A stretch of 61,238 bases of DNA. Origin: Candidatus Omnitrophota bacterium. GTDB taxonomy: Bacteria > Omnitrophota > Gorgyraeia > Tantalellales > Tantalellaceae. Position 1 is the stretch's first letter. Every line of letters starts with the position of its first letter. Position numbers and translations under genes: made by a program. The notes under the pieces were generated by a model. That model saw only the letters and a list, made by a program, of their open reading frames with translations. It did not search any database and was not told where the DNA came from. Below are positions 55,961 through 61,238 of the stretch, piece by piece. The stretch spans positions 1 to 61,238 of the forward strand of contig WJMH01000012.1 of the NCBI GenBank assembly GCA_014728045.1. Direction: 5' to 3'.

Positions 55961-58900
55961 AGAGGACGTCGCTTGAGGATATAATCACCGAAAGCGCGGC
56001 AGTTCCCGGTATAGGCATAACCGCGACACGGGAAGAGATAGTAAGGCCCAAGGGGGATATGCTGAGTCCGCTTCTCAGGGTAGCCTACACCATACCGATG
56101 TATCTTGAAGACCCGGAGGCGCTCAAAAAGCTTTCGGACGCGACAGGTCATATCCCGGAGAGCGAGTCGCTTTTCACCACGGCCGAAGGTTCGTATAAAG
56201 AGATGGTGACCCTGCTTGTGAGGGGCTGGCTCGTCAAGGTCAGGGAAAAGGCCGATCCGGAAGTATGGAAGACAGCGGTCGGAGACTGGCATCTTCTTCT
56301 CGGCGCTTTCCTCAAAAAATACGAGGAAGAGGCCGCAAAGCAGGGAACTCAGGTGATAGCGGGGCTTAAGATACCGGCCCCGGTACTTACCGAAGAGATG
56401 CTCGATGCCATAAGCGGCGAGTTCAGGGCCATATTCAGGGACGAGGTCGTTAAGAGCGTTACACCCGGGACCGAAACCGTTGATACATATGATATATATC
56501 CTTCTCTTACTTCAGCCCAGGCTGACGGGTACAATGAGGTGATCAGACCTTACATGGAGGCCACTCCGGACCCGGTAAAGATCTTTACTTTCAAGATAGA
56601 CGGCCGGAACAGGGAGATAAAGGTGTTCGCCCTTGAGAACCTCAAGGACGCCGTGGAGGAATACAACCTGGACCCCGTACACGGAGAAGAACTTCCCTTG
56701 ACCGTGGAAGTACATCCCGGACGTGGTCTTGGTCACGACGACCCCAGGCTTTACATATCAGCCGGCGCCTTGAAAGCCCTCAATGACAATCAGTTAAAAC
56801 GCTTGGCAAAGCATGAGCTTTATCATATACTTTTATTGGAAAAAGGTGAAGCTTATGACGAAGAGAAGGTCATCGAAATGATGGGAGGGGACAACCTTAT
56901 GGATATAAGGGTCACTCTGGCCAGGGTGGAGGAACAGAGGCAGGCCGTTAAAGCCGAAGAAGCCAAAAGAGTGCACGACAGCCTTATAAAAAGCTCTCTG
57001 GACATGGCTGAAGCCACTTCCAAAGGCATAGGCCCGGACGTGGTCATCATCGTAAGCTCTTCGGATGAACAGGCTGATTTCTGGCAGGAGAGGCTCACCG
57101 GTGACGATAATAAGACCGGTTCCGGCGAAGCTGTCAAGGAAGGCGCGGTCGTTCTTTCCGTGTCCGAATCGAATTGGAAGGGCGGCGCCGGCAATGGCAT
57201 GGGCACGCTTAACGGTTTTGTACAGGCCGCGCGTAAAGCGAACAGTCTCGGGCTTATAGACGTTGATTCATATGCTTCGGTTACGGAGTTCATTGACGCT
57301 ATGCTCACTTACTGCAAGGGCAAGGCCGCTTTCATGTTCCATACCGCGGGTAAAGGTACCCGTACCGCTCCGTTACCCGGTGCGGAGGTCAACTCAAAGC
57401 CGAATATCAAGCTTCCGAAGATGGTTGATGTGAAAGGCCAGCAGAGGCCGCTTACCATACTTGAGGCCGTTCTCATGGAAACCAATATTTACGCTCCTTC
57501 AAGGACAGACAGACTGGGTGTTTTCTGGGGTGACCAGGTGGTCATCAACGAGAACGATATATCCTTCGGCGGGAAGCACCACGTTGAGATATTCGGGCAG
57601 CTTGTTCCGCTGGATCCGGATATCAAGTCCTACGGAGTGCTCATTCCGGGAGAAGAAGGCGACTGTAAGCAGAGAGAGAAACTGTCTATGGATGAGGTCA
57701 AAAAACTGCTCCCGGAGGGCAGCAGCGACGTATACAAGAGCATAGGTTCATTCACTATTTCGCTCCCCTTTCTGGAAGCGATGATCATGATGCCAGAACA
57801 CAAAAAGCTGCTTGAGTCCGAATCGGGCAGCCTGAACACAGATCCCGACTGGTGGCAGCCGCTAACCTCCACGAGAGATGAGTATATAGAGATGATCGGC
57901 AAAAAAGGCGTCTCCCGCGCTAAAGCGGGCCAGACCTGGGACAGGATGCAGGACCTCTGGGTAAAATTCGTCGCTTCCGACAATTGGGACCCGGATAGCG
58001 GCCTGTACAGGCAGCTTGGATTCAACGACGTCGGGAAGAACTCGCTCTGGTGGGATTACGGGCAGAACAAATTCTACCTGAGGAACATGCAGATCCTCAC
58101 CGAGTACAGCCCCGAAGGGGAAGCTGCAAGGAATTTCTTTGACGCGGAGATAACCGACAGCAAGACTGACCAGCTGGAAATCGAAAAATCCGTCATCAAG
58201 AATTCCGATGTGAAAAGAGGAAGGCTCGTCAACTGTGTCGTCATAGACAGCCAGCTTGAAGAGGTCTACGCCGAGAACGCTGTTATTATAGGAAGCGTGG
58301 TATTAAAGCTTAACGCTGAGGACGCGTTGTGCTACAATGTCGTTAGCGAGTCCGTGAATCTCGCTCCGGGGCAGGTCCTGGCCAATATCTTCCATCCCAA
58401 ACTCGGACGTATACCGATGCGCACGGATATCGGAAGGGACGGCAGCGCCGACTGGAAAGGCGGAGTCCATGTATACGACAACGCTTACACTTACAGTAAG
58501 ATAGCCGAGCTGATGAAGGGCCTCAAGATGGAAGAGGTTATGGAGACCAAGAAAAAAGCTATTTCTGCGGTAAGGATAGGTTTAGATTGGGCGGGTAGAA
58601 GACAGGATCTCACCGCTCAGAATCTCAGCGACAAGAGAAATATAGGCATTTCAGAGGCACGCCACATCGTCGCGCACAGGATGCTGACTTTCGGTGACGT
58701 GCCGTATTTCACGGTGGCCAGTTACGCCAAGCTTTTTAATGTTTCCCCGCGCCAGGCGGGAGAAGAACTGGAGGACCTTGCTTCTGCGGAGAGGGAAGGC
58801 GCCCCGACAAGCGGCGTGGAAAGCCTTGAGGCCTATGTTACCCTTACAAAAGGGAAATTGAGCGACCTGGTGGACCAGGTCAACGAACAGGGGCTTATCA

Positions 58901-61238
58901 CGGCCCCCGAGAAAAAGATGCTCGATGACGCGATCGCGGTCGCCAAGGACATCGAGAGCCTGAGCTTTATATACGCGGCGATGCTCAACGAGAAAGGCTA
59001 CCTCAACAAGATAGATACGGGGGTAGAAGATGCTGTTGTGATATACCGGAAAGTTCCCACACAGAATAGAAAGGATGTAATGGAACAGAAGAAACCGTTA
59101 AAGTTCGGTACCAGCGGACTTCGCGATACCGTTGACAACATGACCGATCTTGAATGTTACATAAACACCAGGGGATTCATAAAATTCCTCAAGGAAAGAG
59201 GCGAGATAAGGTTCGAGGAAGGCGGCCCGGCACCGACGATAGTCGTAGGGGGCGACCGCCGTCCTTCCACGCCCAGGATAATGCTGGCTGTCATCAAGGC
59301 AATAGAGGATGAAGGCTGCGCGGCCGAATACATAGGTCTTGCGCCGAGTCCGACCGTTGCTTATTACGCCATGCAGAAGGGCCTGCCCAGCGTCATGGTC
59401 ACGGGTAGTCATATACCCGCGGACAGGAACGGCATCAAGTTCACCAAGAAGTCCGGAGAGGTGCTCAAGACCGACGAGACCGATATACTCAAGAACGTCG
59501 CCATAGCCAGAGAAGAGGAGTCCGAGAAGGGTTTCAAGGCCTCTGATTTCGGGCGGGAAGGCTTGTTCAAGGCTAAACGGGACCTTCCGGACGCGACCGA
59601 CAAGGGTATACACGAATATGTAAAACGTTATCTGGGAGTTTTCCCCTCGGACGCCCTTAAAGGCAAAAAAATAGTCCTTTACCAGCATTCCGCCGTGGGA
59701 AGGGATATAGTGCAGGAGATATTCGAGGGCCTTGGCGCCGAGGTTATCGTGGAGCAGAGGAGCGAGGAATTCGTTCCCGTGGACACCGAGAAAGTCCCCG
59801 AATCCTCGAGAAAGCTCTTCAAGGAATGGGCCGCAAAGCACGAGCCCGATTTTATAATTTTCACCGACGGTGATTCCGACAGACCCGGTTTCGTTGACGA
59901 GAAGGGTAATTTCCTTTCCGGAGACTCTCTCGGGGCGTTGGTATCGATGTACCTTGAGCCGGATTCGGTGGCTATTCCCACCAGCGCTAATGATGCCGTG
60001 GTGGATGCCCTTAAGAACAAGGGTATCGACGTCACCCAGACCAGGATCGGTTCGCCCTATGTCATAGCGGCAATGAACCATATGCTTGAGAAGAACCCGG
60101 ACGCTAAAGTGGCCAGTTGGGAATCCAACGGAGGATATTTATTGGGCAGCGAGGTCAAGATAGGCGGTAAGAGCCTTAAACCGTTACCTACAAGGGATGC
60201 GGTGCTCCCGCTTTTATTGCCGATGCTTCTTTCCATAAAGGAAGGAAAGACCGCTTCTGAGATGATTGCGACCAACCTTCCGGCGAGAGTCGTGGTTTCG
60301 GATGCCGTGAACAACAAGATGGAAGGCACCGAAGCGTATACCCCTGATATGGGCAAGGCGATCGTCAAGAAGTTCTCGCCCGAGGATTCCAATATAGCCG
60401 AATACGACTTCAACAGAAATGTTGTAACGTACAAGGACGATCTTGGGTTCCTGTCCGCGGACAGCAAAAGGGAGAGTGCTCCTGCCGAGCTTATCGAACA
60501 GATGCAGAGGATCAGGGATACTCTCGGTGAGTATTTCACCAATTCCGCCGTGGACAAGTTGACCTTTATCGACGGCATCAAGATGCATTTTGAGAACAAT
60601 GACGGTATACACATAAGGCCCTCCGGTAACGAGCCTATTCTCAGATTCTACGTGCAGGCTCCGACCCAGAAAAGGGCCCAGGAAATAGTGGATAACCGCC
60701 TGGAATACATAAGGCCCATCGTTCAGGCGATGGCAACCCCGGGCACCGAAGCGGTAAGGACCGATTCGGAATCCGGAAAGGCCATAGCCGAGCTGGACGA
60801 GAGGATCAAGGCAGGTAAGCCTGTCAGGTTCGTTCCTTCTTTCAGGACGGGAGCGGATGGTTACACCTGGGGTCAGCCTGTGGAAGAGAACGTGATACTT
60901 GAAATAATGGGTGCCAGGACACCTGAAGAGAAGGTAGCTCTCGCCCATGAGTACGGCATACCTCCGGAGGAGGTCATAGGCGAAAGATGGGTGGCTGCCG
61001 GCCAGGTCGATACGGATATGGGCGTGAAACTCCCATCAGACGTCCTGTCGCTGTGGCCGGACCAGATGCCGGGAAGTAATATCACGGCGAAGCTGCTGAC
61101 CTCTGGAAGGCCGCTCTCACTGCAGTATCACAGGTTCCCCGAGATGATCATACCTCTGGCGGACGGATACGCTTATCTGGGGCTTAATAGGGACGTGACG
61201 CCGGAAGAGTTCATGGATAACCTCCGTAAGGGTGATGT
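54421..61238 (+). CDS. Giant multidomain protein C (3'-partial, >=2,272 aa): signal peptide, Tiki/ChaN-like N-domain, zincin, FPGT/FKP-like nucleotidyltransferase, phosphomannomutase, type I phosphomannose isomerase
   Basis: Not in the ORF track because there is no stop in the window. My manual frame-1 translation from ATG 54421 (MYSKSPKRSLFLKAVSVFLVLTFSMYNISYA|V) to the window end has no stop codon. Strong RBS and promoter upstream. Confidence 0.95.
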   Translation, partial: MYSKSPKRSLFLKAVSVFLVLTFSMYNISYAVTQDNLEPAGIKQDMPLSVEDIGIAIDCGTVKNRFNGNDGKVIVHIQDAHCNYEAQSNINKMLDQLTRECEIDMISVEGAEGIVDTTWFRAFPDSEIRKEVATYFMKKGEITGAEFFSITSEYQGTIFGAETRDYYVKNLRAFTEVYPYKETIEKYFTDARTVSNRLKSIVYTPKLKELDLKIRSFDEKQTELSDYAAYLNKTAEQQRIDLKDLEDFKKLVQTLEYEEKIDFDIVDQERSKYIDVLSKKMDKEKMTELVTQSIRFKKGHIKAVDFYSYLRELAKEHDIDMVHEYQNLFYYYIYTKLYEGIDNERLFKEIDTIEARLKESFFENGTQRKLDKYSNMLDMFIDLINIELTNDDYDLFKGYSEEFTLEEVLDFMTGLVERYNLNYTVDGMPLEIKNNIPKMVDFYEIAIKRDNALIENTLKQMQQEGKNRCVLIAGGFHTRGIKHILEKKGVSYVVVTPKITKNVETPYIKVLTNQRTSLEDIITESAAVPGIGITATREEIVRPKGDMLSPLLRVAYTIPMYLEDPEALKKLSDATGHIPESESLFTTAEGSYKEMVTLLVRGWLVKVREKADPEVWKTAVGDWHLLLGAFLKKYEEEAAKQGTQVIAGLKIPAPVLTEEMLDAISGEFRAIFRDEVVKSVTPGTETVDTYDIYPSLTSAQADGYNEVIRPYMEATPDPVKIFTFKIDGRNREIKVFALENLKDAVEEYNLDPVHGEELPLTVEVHPGRGLGHDDPRLYISAGALKALNDNQLKRLAKHELYHILLLEKGEAYDEEKVIEMMGGDNLMDIRVTLARVEEQRQAVKAEEAKRVHDSLIKSSLDMAEATSKGIGPDVVIIVSSSDEQADFWQERLTGDDNKTGSGEAVKEGAVVLSVSESNWKGGAGNGMGTLNGFVQAARKANSLGLIDVDSYASVTEFIDAMLTYCKGKAAFMFHTAGKGTRTAPLPGAEVNSKPNIKLPKMVDVKGQQRPLTILEAVLMETNIYAPSRTDRLGVFWGDQVVINENDISFGGKHHVEIFGQLVPLDPDIKSYGVLIPGEEGDCKQREKLSMDEVKKLLPEGSSDVYKSIGSFTISLPFLEAMIMMPEHKKLLESESGSLNTDPDWWQPLTSTRDEYIEMIGKKGVSRAKAGQTWDRMQDLWVKFVASDNWDPDSGLYRQLGFNDVGKNSLWWDYGQNKFYLRNMQILTEYSPEGEAARNFFDAEITDSKTDQLEIEKSVIKNSDVKRGRLVNCVVIDSQLEEVYAENAVIIGSVVLKLNAEDALCYNVVSESVNLAPGQVLANIFHPKLGRIPMRTDIGRDGSADWKGGVHVYDNAYTYSKIAELMKGLKMEEVMETKKKAISAVRIGLDWAGRRQDLTAQNLSDKRNIGISEARHIVAHRMLTFGDVPYFTVASYAKLFNVSPRQAGEELEDLASAEREGAPTSGVESLEAYVTLTKGKLSDLVDQVNEQGLITAPEKKMLDDAIAVAKDIESLSFIYAAMLNEKGYLNKIDTGVEDAVVIYRKVPTQNRKDVMEQKKPLKFGTSGLRDTVDNMTDLECYINTRGFIKFLKERGEIRFEEGGPAPTIVVGGDRRPSTPRIMLAVIKAIEDEGCAAEYIGLAPSPTVAYYAMQKGLPSVMVTGSHIPADRNGIKFTKKSGEVLKTDETDILKNVAIAREEESEKGFKASDFGREGLFKAKRDLPDATDKGIHEYVKRYLGVFPSDALKGKKIVLYQHSAVGRDIVQEIFEGLGAEVIVEQRSEEFVPVDTEKVPESSRKLFKEWAAKHEPDFIIFTDGDSDRPGFVDEKGNFLSGDSLGALVSMYLEPDSVAIPTSANDAVVDALKNKGIDVTQTRIGSPYVIAAMNHMLEKNPDAKVASWESNGGYLLGSEVKIGGKSLKPLPTRDAVLPLLLPMLLSIKEGKTASEMIATNLPARVVVSDAVNNKMEGTEAYTPDMGKAIVKKFSPEDSNIAEYDFNRNVVTYKDDLGFLSADSKRESAPAELIEQMQRIRDTLGEYFTNSAVDKLTFIDGIKMHFENNDGIHIRPSGNEPILRFYVQAPTQKRAQEIVDNRLEYIRPIVQAMATPGTEAVRTDSESGKAIAELDERIKAGKPVRFVPSFRTGADGYTWGQPVEENVILEIMGARTPEEKVALAHEYGIPPEEVIGERWVAAGQVDTDMGVKLPSDVLSLWPDQMPGSNITAKLLTSGRPLSLQYHRFPEMIIPLADGYAYLGLNRDVTPEEFMDNLRKGD
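56700..56880 (+). other. Zincin-like HExxH motif (HELYH) in protein C
   Basis: VHPGRGLGHDDPRLYIS...AKHELYHILL...DEEKV; His at 56812 and 56824. Confidence 0.6.
57031..58500 (+). other. Sugar-1-phosphate nucleotidyltransferase domain (fucose-1-P guanylyltransferase / FKP N-domain-like) with a C-terminal beta-helix-like region
   Basis: DVVIIVSSSDEQA, GAGNGMGTL, FHTAGKGTRTAPL..SKP (57340), FWGDQ, WWDYG, then SVIKNSDVKRGRLVNCVVIDS..AVIIGSVV. Confidence 0.7.
59092..60720 (+). other. Complete phosphomannomutase / alpha-D-phosphohexomutase (ManB-type) domain in protein C
   Basis: KFGTSGLR, GGDRRPS, VTGSHIPADRNGIKF (phospho-Ser 59407), YQHSAVGRD, FVPVDTE, TDGDSDR (metal loop, 59866), TRIGSPYVIAAM, WESNGG, TRDA, IRPSGNEPILRFY. 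Confidence 0.95.
60820..61238 (+). other. Type I phosphomannose isomerase (cupin)-like domain, N-terminal part (cut by the window edge)
   Basis: YTWG, IGERW, AKLL...LSLQYH (Q 61123, H 61129), PEM (E 61141), YAYLGL...T.EEF. Three of the four Zn ligands are visible. Confidence 0.75.

Noticed and set aside
260-61085. Numerous minus-strand and off-frame ORFs in the track (e.g. 14342..16642, 766 aa; 35968..37311; 20093..21247; 59098..60081)
   Set aside because: All lie entirely within the three giant + strand genes and translate to low-information sequence with no recognisable motifs. They are antisense or frameshift shadows of codon bias.
59092-61238. Separate manB and manA genes
   Set aside because: Manual translation shows one continuous frame from 54421 with no stops, so these are domains of protein C.

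Overview
The window is almost entirely coding. It holds three co-oriented giant genes on the + strand, separated by two short AT-rich spacers. Gene A (17..34420, at least 11,467 aa) is open at the left edge. Gene B is 34756..54225 (6,489 aa). Gene C (54421..>61238, at least 2,272 aa) is missing from the ORF track because it runs off the right edge; I translated it by hand and found no in-frame stop. B and C share a signal peptide followed by a ~500-aa N-terminal domain with QDAH / EG / R(N/D) / GGFH motifs, resembling the Tiki/EreA/ChaN superfamily. A and B share a ~370-aa C-terminal domain ending YxYLP...A-stop. Between these conserved ends each protein is a string of enzyme-like modules. A carries a SecA-like ATPase with a duplicated cross-linking domain, a multi-TM block, six TolC/OEP-like half-repeats (enough for a single-chain channel), beta-repeats, CBM-like domains and a processive GT2 synthase. 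B carries a SAM methyltransferase, a NAGPA-like domain, HD domains, two CPBP-like intramembrane proteases (one split by an HD insertion), two kinase-like domains and a PPDK ATP-grasp plus His-swivel with no PEP barrel. C carries a fucose-1-P-guanylyltransferase-like nucleotidyltransferase, a complete phosphomannomutase and a type I phosphomannose isomerase. This architecture matches what I recall of giant proteins from Omnitrophota (OP3); that assignment is inference, not a database result. All domain calls come from motif recognition by eye. I saw no rRNA, tRNA, CRISPR array or IS element.
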